Notes: generated by a model from the sequence alone, not told the origin. Shown: positions 46,090 to 54,378, counted from the first letter of the stretch. The stretch is 64,000 nucleotides of DNA from an uncultured archaeon (GCA_964461205.1 CAYWUL010000001.1:28549-92548); one strand, 5' to 3'. Program-made: numbers and translations.

Positions 46090-47558
46090 TATTTTCTCAC
46101 TAAATATTTTAATAAAGTAAAACCGCCCTTTGCTAGCCGTGGTATTTCTCGAGGATTAGTAACTGCTTGTGTTACTTTTGATAAAACATACCTTGGCCTA
46201 ACATAAAAAGCTCTTCTTGACTCATCTGTTAATTCGTTTAATTCTTTTGAACTTAACCCTGGCCTAGACAACAAAGTTCTGTGTGTTCCATCTTTGTTCA
46301 ACCAATCACTCCACTTTTTTGCTTTCAAATAACCTTTTTTCTTTGCCCAATTATAAGTCTCTGTTCCCGGATAAACCATTACTGGAAAAAATTGTGCTGT
46401 GTCCGGATTTAATTCTCTCGCAAACTTTGCTGTTTCTCTTATTGTTTCTTTTGTCTCTCCTTGATTTCCAAACATAAAACAACCATGGACCAGTATTCTT
46501 GCTTTTTTTGAATCCTTCATAAACTGCCTTATGCCATTTGGGGTAGTCCCCTTATGAATATTATTTAATATTTCTTGATTTGCACTTTCAATTCCAACGC
46601 ACATTAATCTACAATGAGCTTTTTTCATCCACTTTAGTACTTCCAAAGAAACATCAGCTCTTGCATTACAACTCCAAGTTAACTTTATTTTACGTTTTAT
46701 TATTTCTTTGCAAAGCTCAATGGTTCTTTCTTTGTCTTGTGTTAAAGTATCATCTTCAACCATAACTTCTTTTACTTCTGGCAAATTTTTTTCTATCCAT
46801 GCAAACTCATCAACAACACTCTTCACACTTCTCTTTCTATACAATCTTCCTGAAAATGTTTGTGGCCATTTACAAAAAGCACATCTATTTGGGCACCCTC
46901 TTCCAGTAAGAATAGTAACTTCTGGATATTGAACAGATGGATAAAAATAATTTTCAATTCCAAGGTATTCTTTGTAAATCTCTGAAACAAAGGGCAACCA
47001 ATCTAATTCTTTTTCGCTTGGCGGATCTCTTTCAAGTGTTTTAATAATTTTTTTTCCTTTTTTGTAAGCAATTCCTTTTACATTACTCAAACTTTTTTTT
47101 TCTTCCAACACCTTAACAATTTCTGGCAAAATAAAATCATATTCTCTTATTGCAACAAGGTCTGCCTTAGTTTCTTTCAAACTTCTTTCTGGCAACACAC
47201 TAACATGGTCTCCTACTAAGACAAGCGTTGTGTTTGGAAATTCTTTTTTTATTCTTGCAACAATTTTTTTGTCATTATCAAATGAAGGAGTTACCGTATC
47301 AATAACAATCATTTCTGGTTCAAATTCTTTTATTCTTTTCATTGTCTGATTTAAAGTAATGTTTTCTCCAGAAGCATCCAATAACAAAACATCATTCTTA
47401 CCTTTTTTCAATGCACCTGTTGCATAAGCCAACCAAATAGGATAATACACACAGCCACCCTTACTTACTCCTGGACTTCTAGATGTCCTAGAAAATTTTT
47501 TCATAAAAGGAGGATTCAACATCAATACTTTCATCTTTCTCACATCTTGTTCATTCAC
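46089..47558 (-). CDS. B12-binding-domain radical SAM enzyme, paralog D (HpnJ-like flavour)
   Basis: LVLVGDHVSVLP, then EVTILTGRGCPNRCAFCKWPQT. CVGIESA landmark. Confidence 0.7.
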   Translation of the reverse strand: MNEQDVRKMKVLMLNPPFMKKFSRTSRSPGVSKGGCVYYPIWLAYATGALKKGKNDVLLLDASGENITLNQTMKRIKEFEPEMIVIDTVTPSFDNDKKIVARIKKEFPNTTLVLVGDHVSVLPERSLKETKADLVAIREYDFILPEIVKVLEEKKSLSNVKGIAYKKGKKIIKTLERDPPSEKELDWLPFVSEIYKEYLGIENYFYPSVQYPEVTILTGRGCPNRCAFCKWPQTFSGRLYRKRSVKSVVDEFAWIEKNLPEVKEVMVEDDTLTQDKERTIELCKEIIKRKIKLTWSCNARADVSLEVLKWMKKAHCRLMCVGIESANQEILNNIHKGTTPNGIRQFMKDSKKARILVHGCFMFGNQGETKETIRETAKFARELNPDTAQFFPVMVYPGTETYNWAKKKGYLKAKKWSDWLNKDGTHRTLLSRPGLSSKELNELTDESRRAFYVRPRYVLSKVTQAVTNPREIPRLAKGGFTLLKYLVRK

Positions 47559-47646
47559 TATTTTTTGTTTTATTTTCTCTAAAAATTAAATTGCTTCTAT
47601 TATTAAACCTTCTTGGTACATCCGAGCGAAAACAAATAATTCCTAT

Positions 47647-48531
47647 TCAAATAAGCAATTTACCATACTTTATGCTTCCATAAAACCTAACACATTTTAT
47701 TCCAATTACATAAAGTATTCCCAGCAAAATAATTACTATCTTTTTCCAACCCTTGTTACCTCTAACTAATACAACGCCTTGTGGAGAACTAAAATCAAAT
47801 TTTCCTTTCCACATACCTGTTGCAGTAAAAAAATCTAGTTTTGGATTTCTAATAAAACCTAATTTTACATCAAAAAATTCTTTTCCTCTTTTTGGGTGCT
47901 TCTTGAATAATAATGGATCAAATCTATGTATCTTCATTCTTGACCAACCGTACTTCAACACTGATTTAATATTTTTTTTTGCAATTGAATGTTCGTGCTC
48001 AAAATTTGCGGTTTTATAAGTAAAAACTCCTGTGTATCCTTTGTCAAATGCCCTAAATGCCAAATCAGTATCATCTCTAAAACCAGTTCCTTTTTCATTA
48101 AAACCCTCGTCAAAACCATTTAATTCTTTCAATATGTTTGTTTTCCAAACAGTTGCATTTCCTCCGGTTTCAGAAAAAGGAGAAACAAAAGCAATACTCT
48201 TTTCAGTGAAATATTTTAGAATAGTTGAAACAAAATTGTTTTTGTAAAAGATGTCTCCAGCCGATAAACAAATATATTCTCCTCTTGCTTTTTTTATCGC
48301 TTTATTTAATCCTTTAACTCTTCCTTTTCCAAGAGTACTCATAAAGATTATTTGTTTTCCATCTGCTAAACTCTTAATAAAATCTTCAGAATCATCATCG
48401 CTTTTATCATCAACTATCAAAATTTCTATTTTTCCTTTGTATTTTTGATTCAAAATCCTTTGAATATTATCCTGAATAGTTTTTCCTTGATTTTTTGTAG
48501 CAATAATAAAAGTAATATCAAACTGTGCCAT
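47647..48531 (-). CDS. GT2 glycosyltransferase
   Basis: ITFIIATKNQ...VDDKSDDDS...SAGD. Internal start MAQFDI (48531) avoids overlap with the Alg13-like stop. Confidence 0.7.
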   Translation of the reverse strand: MAQFDITFIIATKNQGKTIQDNIQRILNQKYKGKIEILIVDDKSDDDSEDFIKSLADGKQIIFMSTLGKGRVKGLNKAIKKARGEYICLSAGDIFYKNNFVSTILKYFTEKSIAFVSPFSETGGNATVWKTNILKELNGFDEGFNEKGTGFRDDTDLAFRAFDKGYTGVFTYKTANFEHEHSIAKKNIKSVLKYGWSRMKIHRFDPLLFKKHPKRGKEFFDVKLGFIRNPKLDFFTATGMWKGKFDFSSPQGVVLVRGNKGWKKIVIILLGILYVIGIKCVRFYGSIKYGKLLI

Positions 48532-48532
48532 T

Positions 48533-49024
48533 TTAATTCTTCTCCTGTTCACTTACAAATTTATTCAAAATATTAATTATTCCTTTTGCATGCTCTGTTT
48601 TTTCTAATCTTAATGTTTTCACATTTTTTAAAGCACTTTCAATTTCTTCAACTTCACAAACAATTGCCTGTTTTCTTTTCTTTATTGCTTCTGCCAATTC
48701 TAATTGGTGATCATTAGTGTGTTCGCCAAAAATTTTTCTTCTTGCCACAACAATCATCTTTTTCTCAAATTGCAAACCAGTTCCAATATTTCCTTCTCCA
48801 GCATGAGTAATAAACAGTGAACAATTCTTTACTTTTTTATCAAACTCTTCAATTCCTAAAAACTTTTTATACTCAATATTTTTTGACTTTGGTTTGTATT
48901 TACAATGCCCTGTTTGTGCAAAAACTTTCTCTTTCAAAATTTTTCTTTCAATTAAAGAATCAATTTCTTTCAACAATCTATCAAATTGTTGTTTATGTGT
49001 TCCAACGCTAACAAAAATAACCAT
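48533..49024 (-). CDS. Alg13-like glycosyltransferase catalytic subunit (Glyco_tran_28_C)
   Basis: MVIFVSVGTHKQQFDRL...LFITHAGEGNIG...EHTNDHQLELAEA. Start moved to the internal ATG; the upstream part of the ORF overlaps the Alg14-like gene. Confidence 0.7.
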   Translation of the reverse strand: MVIFVSVGTHKQQFDRLLKEIDSLIERKILKEKVFAQTGHCKYKPKSKNIEYKKFLGIEEFDKKVKNCSLFITHAGEGNIGTGLQFEKKMIVVARRKIFGEHTNDHQLELAEAIKKRKQAIVCEVEEIESALKNVKTLRLEKTEHAKGIINILNKFVSEQEKN

Positions 49025-49044
49025 GTTATCACAACCAAGACTAG

Positions 49045-49503
49045 CTAAAAAATACTTCCTCCGTATTTGCCCTTTGGATAAGATTTTTTCAACTCTTTCC
49101 ACTGATAAACAAACAAATCGGCTATTGGGTAAACTATTTTTCCTGTAATACTTGGTTTTATTGGTCTGCAAAAACTTTCAATATAAATTATTTTTGCTCC
49201 CAATAATTTTCCTAAATAACAAGTAGCTAAAGCAGCATCGGCGCCAGTAGAAATTATTATCTCTGGTTTCTCTTTTAACAAAATTTTTAGACTCTGAAAA
49301 AAGTTTTGAAAGAATTTTAGTGGATTTCTAGCAGGGCATTCAACAAAAAAAGTCTTTTCTTTTTTTGCCAAACTTTTTCCATCTTCTCTATTAAAAGTAA
49401 CAAAATAATAACTATGTTTTTTATAAAATGTTTTTAATTGAAGCATTTCTTTTAAGTGTCCTCCACTACTACAAACCAAGCAAATCTTTTTCATAAAAAC
49501 CAA
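49045..49503 (-). CDS. Alg14-like glycosyltransferase accessory subunit
   Basis: CSSGGHLKEMLQL...PEIIISTGADAALATCYLGKLLGAKIIYIESFCR...SITGKI...VYQW. Confidence 0.7.
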   Translation of the reverse strand: MVFMKKICLVCSSGGHLKEMLQLKTFYKKHSYYFVTFNREDGKSLAKKEKTFFVECPARNPLKFFQNFFQSLKILLKEKPEIIISTGADAALATCYLGKLLGAKIIYIESFCRPIKPSITGKIVYPIADLFVYQWKELKKSYPKGKYGGSIF

Positions 49504-49600
49504 TTCTATTTTCTTTATTTATTCTATTTTTTTATTTGTTGGGTATTTCCTTTTTTGTTTGTTTTTTTATTTTTCGCTTTTGTTTAAACTTTTTTATTTT

Positions 49601-50629
49601 TTAAATTATAATTATTTGATACGTGTTGAGTAAGAACAAAACCATTACAATTAAACAAACAATAAATTGAGCAAATAATAATTGTTTTACAACTTGTTTT
49701 TCAGTTTTGTTTCCCATAAAATAATGCGTTAAACTTTCTTTCTTTTTTGGCGATAATAAAAAACCATTTTTTGTTGGTTTTCCAAAACTCTCTCCTTGGA
49801 ATTTTGTTCTTGACTTCAAATATAACTCAACAAAGAACAAAACTAATAACATTATTCCAATTTTTTCCATATCACTAATAATAGAAATAACTGCAATACT
49901 TGCTCCGGTCATTAATGTTAATGAATCTCCGCCAAATATTTTGGCAGGAAACCAATTATATTTTAAGAAACCAATTAATGCTCCCAAAATAGCAACAGCA
50001 AAAATTAATGCCTCCATTTTTCCATTTATAAAAGAAATTATTCCAAGTGTTCCAATAATTAGAAAACCTAGTCCGGCTTCCAAACCATTTAATCCCGCAA
50101 GCATATTTGTTGCATTGCTTGCCCCCGTAACTCCTATCGGAATAAATATTAAAGAATAAATTAAACCAAAACTAATTACTCCAAAAGGAAACAAGAATTC
50201 ACTTGGTAATAAACCAATTATTGGAAGAGAAATTGGGGGATTAGATATTTGCACTGCCATTAAAGGAAGTGCGGCAATAATTGGGAACAATGCGTGTTGC
50301 CATTGTCTAATCCCTTTTTTCCAACCAATTATATCATCAAGCAAACCAATAAAAACAATAATAGAAATTGTAAAAAAACCAGCAAAAATTAAAGTTAAAT
50401 CAAGATTAAATAAATTCAAATAAGTATTCAAAAATATTGCGCTTAAAATCCCAAAAGTAAAACCAAGAAAAACTACTGCTCCTCCTAACTCGGCAACCAT
50501 TGGCTTGTTGAATTTGTTCATATCTTTTCCAACAAACCCTCTTTCTTTCATTGTGGAAATAAAATTAGGCATTATGGCTAAAACTGCTATTAAAGCAACA
50601 ATTGCAGGAAGTATAAATAACATAAACAA
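49601..50629 (-). CDS. aglH: polyprenol-phosphate:UDP-GlcNAc GlcNAc-1-phosphate transferase (AglH/Alg7, MraY-WecA superfamily)
   Basis: 10-11 TM. LLDDIIGWKKG and ATNMLAGLNGLEAG motifs of the archaeal/eukaryotic GPT type. Confidence 0.75.
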   Translation of the reverse strand: MFMLFILPAIVALIAVLAIMPNFISTMKERGFVGKDMNKFNKPMVAELGGAVVFLGFTFGILSAIFLNTYLNLFNLDLTLIFAGFFTISIIVFIGLLDDIIGWKKGIRQWQHALFPIIAALPLMAVQISNPPISLPIIGLLPSEFLFPFGVISFGLIYSLIFIPIGVTGASNATNMLAGLNGLEAGLGFLIIGTLGIISFINGKMEALIFAVAILGALIGFLKYNWFPAKIFGGDSLTLMTGASIAVISIISDMEKIGIMLLVLFFVELYLKSRTKFQGESFGKPTKNGFLLSPKKKESLTHYFMGNKTEKQVVKQLLFAQFIVCLIVMVLFLLNTYQIIII

Positions 50630-50699
50630 AAAATCTTTCTTTGACTTTTAAATAAGGTTGGTACAATTCTATTCTTTCAATTTATTTTGTTATCAAATT

Positions 50700-52796
50700 C
50701 TATTTTATTTTGAATATCTTCAGGCCACCGCTGTCAAAAACCGGTTCGTAGTATTTAGAAGTTTCATCTGAATTAAAATAAACCTTTGCAAGATTTGTTT
50801 CATTGTATGAAGGACCAATAACAATCAAAATATTGTCGTTTCTATAGTAAAACAAAGGAAGTTGCCCATTGTAAAAGTCTGTTGGAGCGCTGGTCCATTT
50901 ATCTTTTGCCATTTGTTCAAATTGTTCTGTAGGAATTGTTTGTCCGTTGCACACTAAACCATTGTCAGAGGGAGAACAACCTATAAACCTAGACTGGAAA
51001 TCGGAAAAATTATTTGAAACTGAGGAATCAATTTTTCCAGCAGCATAAAATGCAAAAGATTGCCCTGAAGAAAAATTATTTGGATGTATTATTACATAGT
51101 CGGCACCGATTTTGTTCTTTGCAATATCATATGCTTTATTGACATCACTTGTAATCATAAACTCAGCATAATTTGAGTTTGCCTCTGCAGAATAATTCCT
51201 ATTGTCTGAAGAAAAATTCCTTTCAGTTACAAATGCGAGTTGGTGGCCTTCTCCCCACCAATTGAAGAACTTTGCTTCTTTTGTAGTATTATTATTTATC
51301 CAATCCATTGCATCAATCCACCGCGTATCAGAATTTGCAAAAGGTTGGAATTGATTCAAATATATTGGTGCTGCTGCCACACCTAAAACAATAATAAAGA
51401 ACAATGCCCCGATAATAATTTTCGCTTCAATTCCTTTTTCAGCATTGTATTTCTCAAGTAACTTAAAAAAGAAGTCAACTGCTAACAAGGCTCCCATTAC
51501 TAATCCAAGTCCAAAAACAAAAGTAAACTTCAACTTATAATATGCCATAAATAAAGTAACAAGTGTTCCAAACCAAAGTAAGACCTGCAAGTGAATATCT
51601 TTTCTTTTTAATAAAAACAAGCCAAAAGGGAAAAGAACCAAACCAATAATTGGGAGTATAAGCAATACATTATATTTTATTCCAAAAGAAGTTATTCCAA
51701 GACTTTCTTCTCCCACCATAGAAATAATACTTGTCCGCCCGCTATTGTAAAAGAAATCAGGCACAATAACAAACATAAATGCCACTAATAATAATCCAAT
51801 ATATAGAAGTGCTATTGCTAGATAAAGACCCATCTTTCTTCCTGACTTATCAAGACTCTGTAAATAAAAAGCCAATGCAATGAAGGCAATTACACCTATA
51901 ACCCCAATTAATAAAGCAAAAAATCCATCAACATTAAGCACTTCAACTAATACATTTGTCGCAGCAGTAATCCAATCTGAACCATAAATAAAAGAAATAA
52001 TTGTGTAAATACCAAGAGCAATTGCTGACTTTATTATAATGTTTAATACTGCTGAATCCTTGAGTGGCTTTTTCTTTGAATCATATGTCTTGTAAAGAAG
52101 GATTATTGCTATTGAAGGAATTAGTACCACTGGAATAAGTAAATGCAGACTCCATCCGATGGCCATCAAAGAAAAGAAAATTCCTGCTAAAACAGCATTT
52201 ATCAAATCTTTTTTTGTTCTTGTATCTGTTTTCAGTGCTCTAACAAAAAACACTAAACCAATAACCATCCACAAAAAGCCCATAGAATTATCTCCTTGTG
52301 CACCAGCCATTGTTCGGTAAGCAAAAGCAGGAGTAACTGCAGTTAAAAAGCCAGCAATTAAACCAATTTTCTTACTATCAAAAATTTCTTTTCCGAGAAA
52401 GTACATCCCAATGCTTATTAGTGCTCCAAAAATAACTGGAAAGAACTGTACTGTAAAAGCGAGCAACTCTTTGTTGAAAGCCCCCAATGCAACTATTTCA
52501 TAAAGAAACCAACTAAGGTAGTGGTATAACGAAGGCGGTGCAGAAACCGCTCCATTAGGAAGCTGATAGTAAACATTTGGGTCAATATTATTTATGTAAC
52601 CTTGTTGTGCTAGTTCTTCAACAAGCCTTGCGTGATAATAAGCATCAGGCTCAAATAAATAATTTCCTTCAAATCTAACAATGTTACTTCTTATTGACAT
52701 TGCAAACAAAAATAATACGATTAGTACAAGAATCATTTTTCTATTATCATAGACTTTTTTTTTTATCTCTTTAATATTTGCATTCAAAAAAATCAC
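50700..52796 (-). CDS. aglB: oligosaccharyltransferase AglB (STT3 homolog)
   Basis: 698 aa, 13-TM-like N-terminal half with first-loop EPDAYYH, loop SMVGEES, and C-terminal domain with AMDWINNNT...FFNWWGEGHQLAF at the WWDYG position. Confidence 0.85.
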   Translation of the reverse strand: MIFLNANIKEIKKKVYDNRKMILVLIVLFLFAMSIRSNIVRFEGNYLFEPDAYYHARLVEELAQQGYINNIDPNVYYQLPNGAVSAPPSLYHYLSWFLYEIVALGAFNKELLAFTVQFFPVIFGALISIGMYFLGKEIFDSKKIGLIAGFLTAVTPAFAYRTMAGAQGDNSMGFLWMVIGLVFFVRALKTDTRTKKDLINAVLAGIFFSLMAIGWSLHLLIPVVLIPSIAIILLYKTYDSKKKPLKDSAVLNIIIKSAIALGIYTIISFIYGSDWITAATNVLVEVLNVDGFFALLIGVIGVIAFIALAFYLQSLDKSGRKMGLYLAIALLYIGLLLVAFMFVIVPDFFYNSGRTSIISMVGEESLGITSFGIKYNVLLILPIIGLVLFPFGLFLLKRKDIHLQVLLWFGTLVTLFMAYYKLKFTFVFGLGLVMGALLAVDFFFKLLEKYNAEKGIEAKIIIGALFFIIVLGVAAAPIYLNQFQPFANSDTRWIDAMDWINNNTTKEAKFFNWWGEGHQLAFVTERNFSSDNRNYSAEANSNYAEFMITSDVNKAYDIAKNKIGADYVIIHPNNFSSGQSFAFYAAGKIDSSVSNNFSDFQSRFIGCSPSDNGLVCNGQTIPTEQFEQMAKDKWTSAPTDFYNGQLPLFYYRNDNILIVIGPSYNETNLAKVYFNSDETSKYYEPVFDSGGLKIFKIK

Positions 52797-52924
52797 TGTT
52801 CAAAAAACTATACAAATCAAACAACACAATACTTAAAAACAAAATCCTTGTCCAATTCCGCTTCCGATCAAGCCCGGGGTACATGCACTACTATTGGTAG
52901 TGCGATAATATTTGACTTTGAAAT

Positions 52925-53152
52925 TTATTCTTCAGTAACTGTAATGCATTTTACTGGGCAAGCATTTTCAGCGTCTTTTACAGAGCCAGCTTCTTCGACA
53001 GTTTTACAAGACAAACCATCTTTTTCAGTTGCGCCAGTTAGTTCTGCTTTGTCTCCATTCATTTCCCAGTTTGTTGGGTCAAGCGCAGCACAAGCTCCGC
53101 ATCCAATACAATCTTCCTTTTTTTGACATATTTTTACAGCCATAATTATCAC
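52925..53152 (-). CDS. small [4Fe-4S] ferredoxin
   Basis: 75 aa with CIGCGACAAL...CPVKCI cysteine pattern. Confidence 0.75.
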   Translation of the reverse strand: MIIMAVKICQKKEDCIGCGACAALDPTNWEMNGDKAELTGATEKDGLSCKTVEEAGSVKDAENACPVKCITVTEE

Positions 53153-53223
53153 CTAAAAAAATACGTTTGTTTCTTTTAAAAAGCTATTGGATTCTAATCA
53201 AAAATTAAGATGCTATTATCGAA

Positions 53224-53502
53224 CTAGTCTTTTCCAATTTCTTTTACTATAATAGATGCCAAGAAATAATTCCACATTACATTTATTGTTGAAGCAATAA
53301 CACTTGTCAAATTGGCTTCTACTCCTGTAGTACTACTAAGAATAATTGTGGCAGGATTTAAAATAAAATTTATGAATCCTTGTAAAATAGCAGTTGGAAC
53401 AAAAGGCATTATTATGTGTATATACAATTGTGCGACAAAAAAAACTATGAATAACCAACCAAGTTTTTTATAGGTCGGCGCAAAAAAACCTTTTATGTCC
53501 AT
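53224..53502 (-). CDS. small hypothetical membrane protein
   Basis: Two or three hydrophobic helices. Start set at the internal MDIKGFF because the longer ORF runs into the 5S rRNA gene. Confidence 0.4.
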   Translation of the reverse strand: MDIKGFFAPTYKKLGWLFIVFFVAQLYIHIIMPFVPTAILQGFINFILNPATIILSSTTGVEANLTSVIASTINVMWNYFLASIIVKEIGKD

Positions 53503-53561
53503 GTACAAAACAATGCTCTCTTTATTAAAAAATTTATACTTTTTAGAAAAATACAATAAGT

Positions 53562-53675
53562 GAGGCAACAGTCGGCCGGTTCCACTACAAAGAGCAGTAC
53601 CAAACCATTCCTGACAAGACTTAACTTCCGGGTTCGGAATGGGTCCGGGTGTTACCCTTGTGGCATGGTCGCCTC
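53562..53675 (-). rRNA. rrf: 5S ribosomal RNA (stand-alone)
   Basis: Minus strand reads GAGGCGACCATGCC...AACACCCGGACCCATTCCGAACCCGGAAGTTAAGTC...GTTGCCTC. Loop C/helix III core matches the archaeal 5S consensus and the terminal helix pairs. Ends are +/- 3 nt. Confidence 0.85.
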
Positions 53676-53697
53676 GTATATATCTCTAATATGAGGG

Positions 53698-53705
53698 TTT
53701 ATAAA
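53698..53705 (-). promoter_or_regulatory. TATA box (TTTATAAA) for the 5S rRNA gene
   Basis: TTTATAAA lies about 23 nt upstream of the inferred 5S 5' end, the usual archaeal TATA-TSS spacing. Confidence 0.5.
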
Positions 53706-53775
53706 GCTTACTAAGAGTCACTTTTTGATTAAAAAATATGTATAAGCCGGATTATTTCCGGCTTTAATAATAAGT

Positions 53776-54378
53776 TTATTTTTTTGTAGTTGTTTTTTTT
53801 GTTGTTTTCTTTTTTGGTTTGATTTTTTTTGCCGAAGTTTTCTTTATTACCATATCTTCGACTATTTTCAAACCCTTTTTTAAGTGGGTTTCTTTTTTTG
53901 CACCAGCACAAATCATTTTTCCATTTTTGAACAAAAGAAAAGTTAGTTTTGGTTCATCTAATCTTAATATTGCTCCTGGGAATTGTTCTGGTTCGTATTC
54001 AACATTGTCTAAATTCATTGCAACTTCAAATAAATCCAAGTTCATGTCTAAAGAGGCAGTTGCAACAAAATTAACTATCTCAAACTCAACACTCCTTCTA
54101 ACTTTAACATCTTTTTGTATTTCGTGAATCATTTTGTTTGCTTTTCTAATACCTTGTTCAATTTGTTTTTCTGAACTTGCCCCAGAACAAATAATTTTTC
54201 CATTTTTAAATAATAACATTGACACCTTTGGCTCTTTTATCTTCAATATTGCCCCTGGAAATTGTTCTGGTTCGTATTCTATATTTGGTATTCCAACAGC
54301 CAAAGAATATAAATCCAACATTTGATCCAAGGAAGCCGCAGCAACCATATTAACAACAGTATATTTCAAAATTAACAC
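53776..54378 (-). CDS. tbp: TATA-box binding protein with lysine-rich C-terminal tail
   Basis: Two TBP repeats (VVNMVAAASLDQ...LFKNGKIICSGA and IVNFVATASLDM...LFKNGKMICAGA). Tail KKTSAKKIKPKKKTTKKTTTKK. Confidence 0.9.
   Translation of the reverse strand: MLILKYTVVNMVAAASLDQMLDLYSLAVGIPNIEYEPEQFPGAILKIKEPKVSMLLFKNGKIICSGASSEKQIEQGIRKANKMIHEIQKDVKVRRSVEFEIVNFVATASLDMNLDLFEVAMNLDNVEYEPEQFPGAILRLDEPKLTFLLFKNGKMICAGAKKETHLKKGLKIVEDMVIKKTSAKKIKPKKKTTKKTTTKK

Noticed and set aside
52848-53126. 92-aa + strand ORF
   Set aside because: It is antisense to the ferredoxin gene, whose Cys pattern is diagnostic.
53503-53568. N-terminal 22 codons of ORF 53224-53568
   Set aside because: This part runs into the 3' end of the minus-strand 5S rRNA gene (53562-53675). 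The internal start MDIKGFF is more plausible.
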